NCBI GenBank assembly: GCA_964426755.1
Contig: CAYRRR010000002.1
Coordinates: forward strand, 1,459-65,458
From: an uncultured Candidatus Saccharibacteria bacterium
Lineage (GTDB): Bacteria; Patescibacteriota; Saccharimonadia; Saccharimonadales; JAGQNJ01
Direction: 5' to 3'
Length of the DNA stretch: 64,000 nt
Made by a program: the position numbers and the translations under genes. Under the pieces are notes generated by a model. That model searched no databases, had not been told where the DNA came from, and saw only the letters and a list, made by a program, of their open reading frames with translations. Shown piece after piece: positions 28,421 to 37,412 of the stretch (its first letter is position 1; each line of letters begins with the position of its first letter).

Positions 28421-29447
28421 AACTGTTTAGTTTTTCAAAAAGATCATCAATATCACCGTCCAGAGCGGCCGGCAAGTTGCTCCGCGAGTAGCCGATGCGA
28501 TGGTCAGTAATACGATCTTGCGGAAAGTTATAAGTGCGAATCTTTTCTGAACGATCACCAGAACCTATCAGTTTACGGCGTGCATCTGATAGCTCTTTTT
28601 GTTCGGCCTCAATTTTTTGAGCTAACAAACGCGAGCGCAGTACACTCATTGCTTTGTCTTTGTTTTTAAGTTGTGACTTTTCGTCTTGGTTGGCTACAAC
28701 TAAACCGGTCGGAATATGGGTGATACGTACTGCTGAGTCTGTTGTGTTAACAGATTGACCGCCGTGTCCTGACGCTCGGTAGACGTCAATTCGCAGGTCA
28801 CTTGGCTTAATTTCTATGTCACTTTCTTCCGCTTCTGGTAAAACGGCTACCGTTACCGTGCTGGTATGCACGCGCCCTTGGCTCTCTGTGGCAGGCACAC
28901 GCTGTACGCGGTGAACGCCTGCTTCAAACTTAAAGTTTTTGTACGCGTCAGTGCCTCGTATTGCAACGGTAACCTCTTTAAAGCCACCAGCTTCTGACGG
29001 GCTTTGATTAATGAGTTCTAGCTTGAAACCATGGTTTTCTGCCCATCGTGTATACATTCGGTATAAATCACCGGCAAATAAGCTGGCTTCATCACCTCCG
29101 GCAGCGGCTCTGATTTCTAAAATACAGTCGCGTTCATCGTTCGGGTCTTTAGGGATGAGCACCTCTGTTAAACGAGCTTCATTTATTGCCAGTGCAGACG
29201 CTGTTTTTTGAAGTTCCTCCTGCGCGAGCGTCACCATCTCTGCGTCGTCGCTATTGGTGAGCTCTGTTGCTTCTTTTAATGAACGCTCCAATTTCTTTTT
29301 TTGGTCAAAAAGAGTAATGATATCTTCTAATTTGCTTTGCCGGCGGGCAATTTTTGGGTAGCTAGGGTCACTAAAGATAGTAGGGTCTTGTAGCTTTTGC
29401 TGTATTTTGGCCAGTTCGGCACGTAGTTGAGCTTCTTTTTCTTGCAT
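28389..29447 (-). CDS. prfA: Peptide chain release factor 1
   Basis: [12 protein letters not shown] (PAT), [23 protein letters not shown]. Confidence 0.98.
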   Translation of the reverse strand: MQEKEAQLRAELAKIQQKLQDPTIFSDPSYPKIARRQSKLEDIITLFDQKKKLERSLKEATELTNSDDAEMVTLAQEELQKTASALAINEARLTEVLIPKDPNDERDCILEIRAAAGGDEASLFAGDLYRMYTRWAENHGFKLELINQSPSEAGGFKEVTVAIRGTDAYKNFKFEAGVHRVQRVPATESQGRVHTSTVTVAVLPEAEESDIEIKPSDLRIDVYRASGHGGQSVNTTDSAVRITHIPTGLVVANQDEKSQLKNKDKAMSVLRSRLLAQKIEAEQKELSDARRKLIGSGDRSEKIRTYNFPQDRITDHRIGYSRSNLPAALDGDIDDLFEKLNSYERQLISDDK

Positions 29448-29465
29448 GAATATTCTCTAGTATAA

Positions 29466-29503
29466 ATGAAAACCGCTCCGATGTTGATATTCAGAGCGGT
29501 AAA
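29466..29503 (-). terminator. Intrinsic terminator after rpmE
   Basis: Minus strand: accgctc..gagcggt stem followed by tttcattt. Confidence 0.65.
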
Positions 29504-29514
29504 CGTAAAAATAG

Positions 29515-29865
29515 TTACTTATCGTTAGATGGGGCGGCTTTTTCTTTAGCTTTTGCCGCCTTCTTGTCAGCCTGTTTGGTTTTCTTGCTGGCTGCGTTTT
29601 GACGAGCTGCCTGCGCCTTTGCTGCTGCTTCGCGACGGGCTTTAAATTTATCTACACGACCTTCAATGTCAAGCAACTTTTCTTGACCGGTATAGAAGGG
29701 ATGTGATGAGCTTGAAATGTGGATTTTTACCAATGGATATTCAACGCCATCAAGCGTAATGGTATCGCTAGTAGCCACGGTTGATTTCGTGACGTACGTG
29801 GTGTTGTCGTTGAGGTCTTGAAAAACGACCGGACGATAATTTTTGGGGTGCAAATCTTTCTTCAT
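29515..29865 (-). CDS. rpmE: 50S ribosomal protein L31 type B with Lys/Ala-rich tail
   Basis: MKKDLHPKNYRPVVFQD, SSSSHPFYTG, GRVDKF; no Zn Cys. Confidence 0.95.
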   Translation of the reverse strand: MKKDLHPKNYRPVVFQDLNDNTTYVTKSTVATSDTITLDGVEYPLVKIHISSSSHPFYTGQEKLLDIEGRVDKFKARREAAAKAQAARQNAASKKTKQADKKAAKAKEKAAPSNDK

Positions 29866-29877
29866 AGTCAGAGCAGT

Positions 29878-30016
29878 ATTATACACAGCTAACCAACAGA
29901 GGTCAACAGTTTAATCTTATTTTGCTTCACCGTAGATTTCTAGTAGATTTCTAACGGAAGAGATGTTTATCGTGACCCTATCTCTTTATTGTACCATAGA
30001 ATGTATGCAAAGTCAA
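29878..30016 (-). promoter_or_regulatory. Two tandem sigma70-type promoters upstream of rpmE
   Basis: TTGACC-17-TATAAT (29906-29878) and TTGACT-17-TACAAT (30016-29988) on minus strand. Confidence 0.75.
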
Positions 30017-30053
30017 TAGATGTAGAATAAAACAAAGCAGATAGCCTGGCCGC

Positions 30054-30189
30054 TTGCAACAGAGGTGACGATGTGCTATACTCGTCAAGTAAACAACTAA
30101 GCAGGAGAGCTGGTAATCCTTCCTGGGTATCATCCGTGTAGGTATGCCTCGGGCTGCAGCTCTACCGAAGAAGAAAGGATTTATAAACA
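30054..30189 (+). promoter_or_regulatory. rpsB promoter (TTGCAA-17-TATACT) and structured 5' leader
   Basis: agagctg/cagctct stem; aatcctt complementary to aaggatt at the SD. Confidence 0.6.
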
Positions 30190-30906
30190 ATGGCATCTGT
30201 TGATGTTGATATTAAAAAATTACTTGAAGCTGGGGCTCATTTTGGCCACAAAGCTTCACGTTGGCACCCTAAAATGGCGCCATATATTCACTCAAAGCGT
30301 GAAGGTACCTATATTATTGATCTTACTAAAACCGTAGCGGCTCTACAGGATGCAATGAATTTTGTTGAGAAGTCTGTGGCTGAGGGCAAGCAGGTCTTGG
30401 TTGTAGGTACAAAGCGTCAGGCTCGCGATATTGCTAAAAAACTGGCAGAAGACACTGCTATGCCTTATGTTACCGAACGCTGGCTTGGCGGGATGCTTAC
30501 AAATCAAAACACTATTGGCGGCCGCGTTAAGCATCTGAAAGACCTAGAAGGACGCATGGAATCTGGTCAGCTGGCAGCGAAATATAACAAACTTGAGCTA
30601 CAGCGGTATCAAGAAGAAATTGATCATATGAACAGTCTCTACGGCGGTATTAAGAGTATGGTGGCTAAACCGGGAATAGTCTTTGTATTCGATGTTTTAA
30701 CTGATCAAAATGCGGTTAGAGAGGCTAAAAAGCTGAATATTCCAATTGTCGGCTTGGTTGATACGAATGCGGATCCAAGTGATATTACATATCCGATTCC
30801 TGCCAATGACGACGCTATTAAAACGCTGCAGCTAGTAGCGGATTATGTGAAGCAAGCCATTGAAAACGGCAAAAGCAAACAAAAGAAAACCGAAGATAAG
30901 AAATAG
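30190..30906 (+). CDS. rpsB: 30S ribosomal protein S2
   Basis: LLEAGAHFGH..WHPKM, RWLGGMLTN, DTNADP, PANDDA. Confidence 0.98.
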   Translation: MASVDVDIKKLLEAGAHFGHKASRWHPKMAPYIHSKREGTYIIDLTKTVAALQDAMNFVEKSVAEGKQVLVVGTKRQARDIAKKLAEDTAMPYVTERWLGGMLTNQNTIGGRVKHLKDLEGRMESGQLAAKYNKLELQRYQEEIDHMNSLYGGIKSMVAKPGIVFVFDVLTDQNAVREAKKLNIPIVGLVDTNADPSDITYPIPANDDAIKTLQLVADYVKQAIENGKSKQKKTEDKK

Positions 30907-30915
30907 GGAGGAAGT

Positions 30916-31506
30916 ATGGACATTGAATCAATTAAGCGCTTGCGTGAATTAACTGGTGTCGGCATTACCGATGCTAAAAAAGCCTTGGTAGAGGCTGACG
31001 GCGACTTTGACAAAGCACTTGAGGCTATGCGTAAAAAAGGCCTGACTAAGGCAGAAAAGCGTGGTGAACGCGAAGCTCGCACCGGCGTAATAGGTACGTA
31101 CAATCATGATGGGCGTATTGGCGTTTTGGTAGAAGTAAACTGTGAGACTGACTTTGTGGCCCGAAACGAAATATTTACTGATTTGGTAAAAGATATCAGC
31201 ATGCACGTTGCAGCTGCCTCACCTCAATACATTAGTGCAGATGACATTCCCGCAGAAGAAACCGACAAAGTCCGGGCAGAGTTTAGCGAAAAGGCTAAGG
31301 CAGAAGGTAAGCCGGCCGATATGATTGATAAGATTGTCGATGGTATGCTCACAAAACATTTTGCAGAACGATGCTTGCTCGATCAGCCATTTGTCAAAAA
31401 TCCTGACCAGACCGTTGGTGAGCTTGTAAAAGAGCACATTGCCAAACTTGGCGAGAACATTGTGGTGCGCCGTATAAGTCGCATGCAACTTGGCGAAGTA
31501 GAGTAA
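30916..31506 (+). CDS. tsf: Elongation factor Ts (short form)
   Basis: IKRLRELTG, EVNCETDFVA, LLDQPFVK, GENIVVRR. Confidence 0.97.
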   Translation: MDIESIKRLRELTGVGITDAKKALVEADGDFDKALEAMRKKGLTKAEKRGEREARTGVIGTYNHDGRIGVLVEVNCETDFVARNEIFTDLVKDISMHVAAASPQYISADDIPAEETDKVRAEFSEKAKAEGKPADMIDKIVDGMLTKHFAERCLLDQPFVKNPDQTVGELVKEHIAKLGENIVVRRISRMQLGEVE

Positions 31507-31524
31507 GCTTTTAATCTTTGTTGT

Positions 31525-32307
31525 GTGATGAGTAGAGGTAAATGGATAGCTACACCAGAAGTCTATGACGCAACTGGGGCAGAAATAACTATTGGCGACA
31601 TTGGTTTGCCGCATGGCCTGGACTCAGAACGGATTCAGTTTAATGTAGATGCGCTCCGACGCGGCGTAATAAGCTGGGGTGGGTATGCCGCCTTGGTTTT
31701 GGGGTCGCGAGCCGGGGAGCGAGACAAGATTGCGCCGCACGTATCAGGTGTGAATGAGGATGGCTCAATAACCGGCGTTTCGTCTCGAACAGAACGAGCC
31801 GAACTGGCGACGAGTTCATCAGATCAGAACACATTATTAGAGAGATTGAATGTTCGCAACGGCACACTTTATGTAAAGCTAAACTCTACTGTCTTAAATG
31901 ATAGAGCAACGTTAGAGGAGCAATTTGACCCTGCTTTTAAAGCTAGGCAGCTTAATCGCGCATTGAAGAAACCAATAATACATGCAGTGACGAAGCATAG
32001 CACCAGTGGTAGACTTAGGGTGTCTAATCCATTTGGTGTGGCCCTTGACGGGATGCTTCTCAGTTCATCTGTAATGAGTTATGTAGAGCGTGATCCAAGC
32101 CTTTTTATAAGTCTACTTTTATTGAATATGACAGGGCAAAAGGGTGTTATACCACTCATGAACAAAAACAGCTATGGTGTTCCTTATGGTGACACCGTGA
32201 CAGATCCAGTGTTTGTTTCAATGAGGCCAACGCGAGCAATCATGGCTGCTGGCACGCTAGCATCACAGCGACTTGTGCGGGCTACGCCTCTTAAGTCTGA
32301 ATCATAA
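31525..32307 (+). CDS. Hypothetical protein in the usual pyrH position
   Basis: 260-aa ORF filling the tsf-frr gap; no UMP kinase motifs. Confidence 0.65.
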   Translation: MMSRGKWIATPEVYDATGAEITIGDIGLPHGLDSERIQFNVDALRRGVISWGGYAALVLGSRAGERDKIAPHVSGVNEDGSITGVSSRTERAELATSSSDQNTLLERLNVRNGTLYVKLNSTVLNDRATLEEQFDPAFKARQLNRALKKPIIHAVTKHSTSGRLRVSNPFGVALDGMLLSSSVMSYVERDPSLFISLLLLNMTGQKGVIPLMNKNSYGVPYGDTVTDPVFVSMRPTRAIMAAGTLASQRLVRATPLKSES

Positions 32308-32342
32308 AATATGATAAAATAAACCTACAGAAAGGGAGTTTT

Positions 32343-32906
32343 ATGGATATTAATCAAGTGGTTGAAACTACTAAAGAAAAGCTTGAAGCTACAGTTAAAC
32401 GCTTTGAGGAAGAGCTAAAAAAACTCCGAACAGGTCGTGCAAGTGCAGCTATGCTTGACGGTGTTATGGTTGAAGCGTATGGCTCTCAAATGCCACTCAA
32501 TCAGGTGGCAAACGTGACTGCTCCCGAGGCGCAATTACTTCAGATTACACCATTCGACCCCAATAATTTAGCGGCAATTAGTGCAGCGATTCGCGACAAT
32601 CAATCGCTTGGACTGAACCCGGCTGATGATGGCCGCGTTGTGCGAGTGCCAATTCCGCCGCTCACAGAAGAACGACGACGTGAAATCACGAAACAAGTTG
32701 GTGTCAAATTAGAAGAAACTATGATCGTCATGCGCGGTATCAGACATGAAGCGCTCGATGTAATTGATGATGCGAAAAAAAATAAATCTCTTGGTGAAGA
32801 TGAAGCCAAGCGCTTGTCGCAGCAAGTTGAAGATACAATGAATAAAACTAAAGTAGCAGCTGAGGCTGTTGCCAAAAATAAAGAACAAGAAATTATGACT
32901 GTCTAG
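32343..32906 (+). CDS. frr: Ribosome recycling factor
   Basis: LRTGRAS, VEAYG, LGLNP..DG, IPPLTEERR. Confidence 0.97.
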   Translation: MDINQVVETTKEKLEATVKRFEEELKKLRTGRASAAMLDGVMVEAYGSQMPLNQVANVTAPEAQLLQITPFDPNNLAAISAAIRDNQSLGLNPADDGRVVRVPIPPLTEERRREITKQVGVKLEETMIVMRGIRHEALDVIDDAKKNKSLGEDEAKRLSQQVEDTMNKTKVAAEAVAKNKEQEIMTV

Positions 32907-32940
32907 TCTCTGTAGAGGCTGATAGAGTTGTACAATAAAT

Positions 32941-33636
32941 ATGATGAAAGTACAGAACATCCCAGATCATGTAGGTATAATCCTGGACGGAAACCGACGT
33001 TGGGCAAAAGCGCGAGGTTTGACTACGCTTGAAGGGCATCGCAAGGGCGCAGAAGTTTTTCGGGAGGTTGCCTTGGCTGCATTTGATCGCGGCGTTTCGT
33101 ATCTTAGCGCTTATATTTTTTCCACAGATAACTGGAATCGCTCAAATGAAGAGGTTTCGTATCTGATGAAGTTAGTTATTAAAGCAGTCGAACGTTATCT
33201 TGATGAATTCCATAAACGAGGCATTAAGATACTTATTATTGGTAGGCGCGACCAAGTGAGCAAAGAAGTAATAAATGCAGTTGAGAAAACAGAATTAAAG
33301 ACTAAAGATAATAAAAACGGCTGCCTGGTGCTCTGTTTTAACTATGGCGGTCATGAAGAGATTGCCGATGCGGTTAATAAAATATTGGCTGAAAATAAGC
33401 ACATAACCAGAATAGAGCCCGCCTTAATTGAACAAAACTTGTATGCACCTGAAGTGCCGTCTATTGATCTGCTGATAAGGACTTCAGGCGAACAAAGAAC
33501 CAGCGGCTTTATGTTGTGGCGATCTGATTATGCCGAACTGATCTTTAGTGATTTGCTGTGGCCTGATTATAGCGTAAGCGCACTTGATGAGGCGTTAACA
33601 GAGTATAATAAAAGACAAAGAAGGTTTGGAGGTTAA
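32941..33636 (+). CDS. uppS: Undecaprenyl diphosphate synthase (isoprenyl transferase)
   Basis: HVGIILDGNRRWA, FSTDNWNR, IRTSGEQRTSGF.LW, RRFGG. Confidence 0.97.
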   Translation: MMKVQNIPDHVGIILDGNRRWAKARGLTTLEGHRKGAEVFREVALAAFDRGVSYLSAYIFSTDNWNRSNEEVSYLMKLVIKAVERYLDEFHKRGIKILIIGRRDQVSKEVINAVEKTELKTKDNKNGCLVLCFNYGGHEEIADAVNKILAENKHITRIEPALIEQNLYAPEVPSIDLLIRTSGEQRTSGFMLWRSDYAELIFSDLLWPDYSVSALDEALTEYNKRQRRFGG

Positions 33637-34764
33637 GTGTCTGTTATTTTGATCATTATAGGTATTTTATTATTTATAACGCTTGTTGTTTTGCATGAGT
33701 TTGGTCATTTTGTGCTTGCTCGCCGTAATGGGGTTGAGGTTGAAGAGTTTGGCATAGGCTTTCCGCCGAGAGCATGGGGTAAAAAATTAAAAAGCGGTTT
33801 ACTTTTCACAATAAACTGGCTGCCGCTCGGAGGCTTTGTGCGCTTAAAAGGAGAGCATGACGCCAACAAAGAGAAGGGCAGTTATGGTGCTGCTAGCCTG
33901 TGGGCAAAGACAAAAATAATTATTGCCGGCGTGGTAGTAAATGCATTGCTAGCTGTTTTTATATTTAGCGTGCTGGCATTAGTGGGAATACCAAAGATTC
34001 TGGACAATCAGTTTACGGTTGCGAGCGATACAAAAATAATTAGCCAAAAAGTACTGGTGGGCTTAGTTGATGATGATTCGCCGGCGGCTCAAGCCGGTCT
34101 GCAGCCTCGTGATGAACTACAGTCTATTGGAAACAGTCCGGATGATTCTATGCAAGTCGCTAGTGCCGACAGTTTGCCAGAGATTACAAAGCAGTTTGCT
34201 GGCCAAACTGTATCTATAGTGTACAAGCGTGACGGTGAGCCACACACGACCAAAGCTACTCTTCGCGATAAACAAGAAGTCGAAGCTAGCAAACAAAGCA
34301 ATGAGCCGCTCGGCTATCTTGGAGTGGTGCCGACTGAATTAACTCTGCAGAGGTCTACATGGTCTGCCCCAATTGTTGGCGTTGGCTTAACAAAACAGGT
34401 GGCTACTTTAACCTATAAAGGTCTTGGTAATATTGTCACGAGTTTAGTGAGGGGTGATGCAAAACAGGCCTCTAGCCAAGTGTCAGGGCCAGTGGGTGTT
34501 TTTGTGCTACTACGAGACGTTAGTGAACTGGGCTTTCAATTTATTTTAATGATTATTGCCATCATTTCGTTGACACTAGCCATCATGAACTCGTTGCCGA
34601 TCCCGGCACTTGATGGAGGACGCTTATTCGTAACCTATGTATACCGACTTTTGAATAAGCCACTCACCGAGAAGGCAGAAGATATGATTCACGGCATAGG
34701 TTTTATGGTGCTCATCAGCCTCTTTTTGCTTATTACTATTGTTGACGTTGGCAGGTTCTTCTAG
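33637..34764 (+). CDS. rseP: RIP metalloprotease RseP (M50) with PDZ
   Basis: HEFGH, EFGIGFPP, PLGGFV, NSLPIPALDGG. Confidence 0.94.
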   Translation: MSVILIIIGILLFITLVVLHEFGHFVLARRNGVEVEEFGIGFPPRAWGKKLKSGLLFTINWLPLGGFVRLKGEHDANKEKGSYGAASLWAKTKIIIAGVVVNALLAVFIFSVLALVGIPKILDNQFTVASDTKIISQKVLVGLVDDDSPAAQAGLQPRDELQSIGNSPDDSMQVASADSLPEITKQFAGQTVSIVYKRDGEPHTTKATLRDKQEVEASKQSNEPLGYLGVVPTELTLQRSTWSAPIVGVGLTKQVATLTYKGLGNIVTSLVRGDAKQASSQVSGPVGVFVLLRDVSELGFQFILMIIAIISLTLAIMNSLPIPALDGGRLFVTYVYRLLNKPLTEKAEDMIHGIGFMVLISLFLLITIVDVGRFF

Positions 34765-35531
34765 TGCAGTCCGGGGTAAGGCAAGAAAATACCCTCAAAC
34801 AACCTTTTTACGGACCAGTTGCGTCGTTGTTGTTAACGGTTGTCATATTTTTTGGTGCCCAAATTGTAGCTAGTTTAGTGCTTTTTGCAATTGCACAATT
34901 ATTCGGCATAAAAGAACATGAGATAGAAACTTTCTTTTCGCGATCGGTGGGGCAGTTTGTTTTTGTTTGTATCGCAAATGCTTTAATTTTAGGGTCTTTA
35001 CACTGGTTAATTAAGCGAAAGAATGGCTCGTGGAAAGATTTAGGCCTAGCTTGGCCGAAACTTAATGACGCTGGACGGGCACTACTTGCATATGGCATAT
35101 ATATATTATTGCTTATTGTGATAACGGCTGTTGCAAAGGCAGTTTATCCAGCACTTGATATAGAACAAGAACAACAAATTGGCTTTGAGGCTAATCAGGG
35201 GATTTTGAATTTGTTGATGGCTGGTGTTAGTTTGGTTATTCTGCCGCCAATTATTGAAGAATTATTGTGTCGAGGTTTTCTGTATACCGGTCTCCGGACA
35301 AAGTTATCGGTGATTCCTTCCGCAATTATTACTAGTGTCGTTTTTGCGGTAGCACACTTACAGTTTGGCAGCGGTGCGCCGCTGCTATGGGTAGCTGCGA
35401 TTGACACGTTCGTCTTATCACTGGTACTTGTATATTTACGTGAGAGTACCGGTAAACTGGCCGCGCCGATGTTGCTTCACGGTATAAAAAATGCAATCGC
35501 CTTTAGCTTGCTCTTTATTTTCGTGCAATAA
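34764..35531 (+). CDS. CPBP (CAAX/Abi) intramembrane glutamic protease
   Basis: EELLCRG, FAVAH, HGIKN motifs; multiple TMs. Confidence 0.9.
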   Translation: MQSGVRQENTLKQPFYGPVASLLLTVVIFFGAQIVASLVLFAIAQLFGIKEHEIETFFSRSVGQFVFVCIANALILGSLHWLIKRKNGSWKDLGLAWPKLNDAGRALLAYGIYILLLIVITAVAKAVYPALDIEQEQQIGFEANQGILNLLMAGVSLVILPPIIEELLCRGFLYTGLRTKLSVIPSAIITSVVFAVAHLQFGSGAPLLWVAAIDTFVLSLVLVYLRESTGKLAAPMLLHGIKNAIAFSLLFIFVQ

Positions 35532-35549
35532 GTGGTATAATACAAGACT

Positions 35550-35600
35550 ATGAATTGCAAAACTGTCTTCGAACTTGACGTTCCGATGCCACCCGCTTAG
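35550..35600 (+). CDS. Putative Pro-rich leader peptide MNCKTVFELDVPMPPA
   Basis: 16-codon ORF 8 nt after TG-G-TATAAT; Pro codons CCG, CCA, CCC at positions 12, 14, 15; overlaps attenuator hairpins upstream of proS. Confidence 0.7.
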   Translation: MNCKTVFELDVPMPPA

Positions 35601-35664
35601 GGTGTTATTTTTGTAATTAATTAAAATGAATGCATATAACGCCCTTCAGTAACGAAGGGCTTTT
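35590..35664 (+). promoter_or_regulatory. Transcription attenuator (1:2, 2:3 antiterminator, 3:4 terminator)
   Basis: caccc/gggtg (35590-35604); agggtgttat/ataacgccct (35599-35608 with 35636-35645); gcccttc-agtaac-gaagggc-tttt (35641-35664). Confidence 0.75.
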
Positions 35665-35676
35665 AAATTGGAGAAA

Positions 35677-36039
35677 ATGATGAGTCAAAATAACAAGATT
35701 GAAGAGTGGGGCGTGGGTGAGTATGCTTGGGCAGAATCTGTCGACGGGATTACGGTGGATGGTTGGCAACTCGAGACAGAAGTTGAGCTTCATGCTCATC
35801 GCTTGGCACGAAGCGTTTGTAGTGAGCAAATAAGCGTGAAAGATTTATGGAGAGGTGTTAGATTTGCAAATGCTCTTGATAGAGAAGCGGTTGAAGTATA
35901 CGGCGCAGATTTATCAGATGGCGAGCAGCAAAAAGAGCGCATTGCGCGTCGGCTCATGCATCATGCCGGCCGGCAGGCATTGTTACTAATCAAAGACGAG
36001 ACTAGGCGCGTTATTTACCGAATTAGCCATAAAATTTAG
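35677..36039 (+). CDS. Hypothetical protein between the attenuator and proS
   Basis: ORF with GGAG SD immediately after the terminator; no recognisable motif. Confidence 0.55.
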   Translation: MMSQNNKIEEWGVGEYAWAESVDGITVDGWQLETEVELHAHRLARSVCSEQISVKDLWRGVRFANALDREAVEVYGADLSDGEQQKERIARRLMHHAGRQALLLIKDETRRVIYRISHKI

Positions 36040-36067
36040 TACAATAAATGAAAAGAGAGGAAGAATA

Positions 36068-37327
36068 ATGAGAACATCCCAATTATTTACGAAAACTCGT
36101 AAGGAGGCACCTGCCGACGAGACAGCCAAGAACGCTCAGCTTTTGATTCGTGCAGGCTATGTGCATAAAGAAATGGCTGGTGTATACGTTTTTATGCCGC
36201 TTGGTTTACGGGTACTGGAAAACATTAAACAAATTGTCAGAGAAGAGATGGATAATGTGGGTGGTCAAGAAGTGCAAATGACTGTTTTGCAGCCTAAAGA
36301 ACTGTTTGAGAAAACCGATAGATGGGATGATAAAAAAGTAGACAACTGGTTTAAAACAAAGCTAGTCAATGGCACGGAGTTAGGTATGGGCTTAACGCAC
36401 GAAGAGCCAATAGTTGATATGTTGTCAGATTACATCAGTTCTTATAAAGACCTCCCTGTGCTGGCTTATCAGATCCAGACTAAGTTTAGAAACGAACTGA
36501 GAGCTCAAGCGGGGCTATTGCGAGGGCGTGAGTTTGTTATGAAAGATATGTATAGCTTTGCGCGTACCCAAGAAGAGCATGAACAAATTTATGAGAAAGT
36601 CGCGGAAGCATACCACAAGGTTTATGAACGCCTAGGAATTGGTGATATTACCTATAGAACTTACGCTGATGGCGGTATTTTTACGCAACGGTTTAGTGAT
36701 GAATTCCAGATGCTTAGTGAAATTGGAGAAGACACTATTTATATTGATACATCACGCAAGATTGCCGTCAATAAAGAGGTTATAGATGATGAACGGTTGA
36801 AAAATATCGATGTCAATAAAGCCGATCTTAAGGAACATAAGGCTATAGAAGTCGGTAATATTTTTCCCTTAGAAAGTAAATATACAGATGCACTGAATGT
36901 TTTCTATACAGATGCAGATGGCAGTCAACAAAAAATTATTGCCGGCTGTTACGGAATCGGTGTAAGTCGTTTGGTTGGGGCGCTAGCCGAGCATTTTGCA
37001 GACGATAAAGGTTTAGTATGGCCTGAGAATATTGCACCATTTAAAGCGGTACTTTGTACACTTAACCCTGACGAGGCGGTAGTAGGTGCGGCGGATGCTT
37101 TGTATGCCGCTCTTGAAGAGCAAGGAGTATCAATTATGTATGATGATCGTGACGTACGTGCCGGTGAAAAACTTGCTGATGCTGATCTCTTGGGCATTCC
37201 ACACCGCATCGTTATCAGTCCCAAAACGCTTGAGCGCAATCAGTACGAATATAAACATCGCACTTCATCAGTGACCAAAATGTTAAGTCGTGAAGAGCTC
37301 TATAAATTATTGGCACAAACAAACTAA
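36068..37327 (+). CDS. proS: Proline--tRNA ligase, short form without INS editing domain
   Basis: QLLIRAGY, THEE, QIQTKFRNE.R...GLLRGREF.MKDMYSF, EVGNIF, GCYGIGVSR, DDR..RAGEK. Confidence 0.96.
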   Translation: MRTSQLFTKTRKEAPADETAKNAQLLIRAGYVHKEMAGVYVFMPLGLRVLENIKQIVREEMDNVGGQEVQMTVLQPKELFEKTDRWDDKKVDNWFKTKLVNGTELGMGLTHEEPIVDMLSDYISSYKDLPVLAYQIQTKFRNELRAQAGLLRGREFVMKDMYSFARTQEEHEQIYEKVAEAYHKVYERLGIGDITYRTYADGGIFTQRFSDEFQMLSEIGEDTIYIDTSRKIAVNKEVIDDERLKNIDVNKADLKEHKAIEVGNIFPLESKYTDALNVFYTDADGSQQKIIAGCYGIGVSRLVGALAEHFADDKGLVWPENIAPFKAVLCTLNPDEAVVGAADALYAALEEQGVSIMYDDRDVRAGEKLADADLLGIPHRIVISPKTLERNQYEYKHRTSSVTKMLSREELYKLLAQTN

Positions 37328-37412
37328 GGTTGCTATAATACAGGCAAATCACTGATAACATCAAAGACCTATCAGATTGAATTGTTCAGAAAGACAGTGA
37401 GGTAATTAGAGT

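Noticed and set aside
29932-29953. Resemblance of GTAGATTTCTA x2 to Cas12a repeat words (TTTCTA, GTAGAT)
   Set aside because: Only two abutting 11-mers, no spacers and no cas genes; not a CRISPR array.
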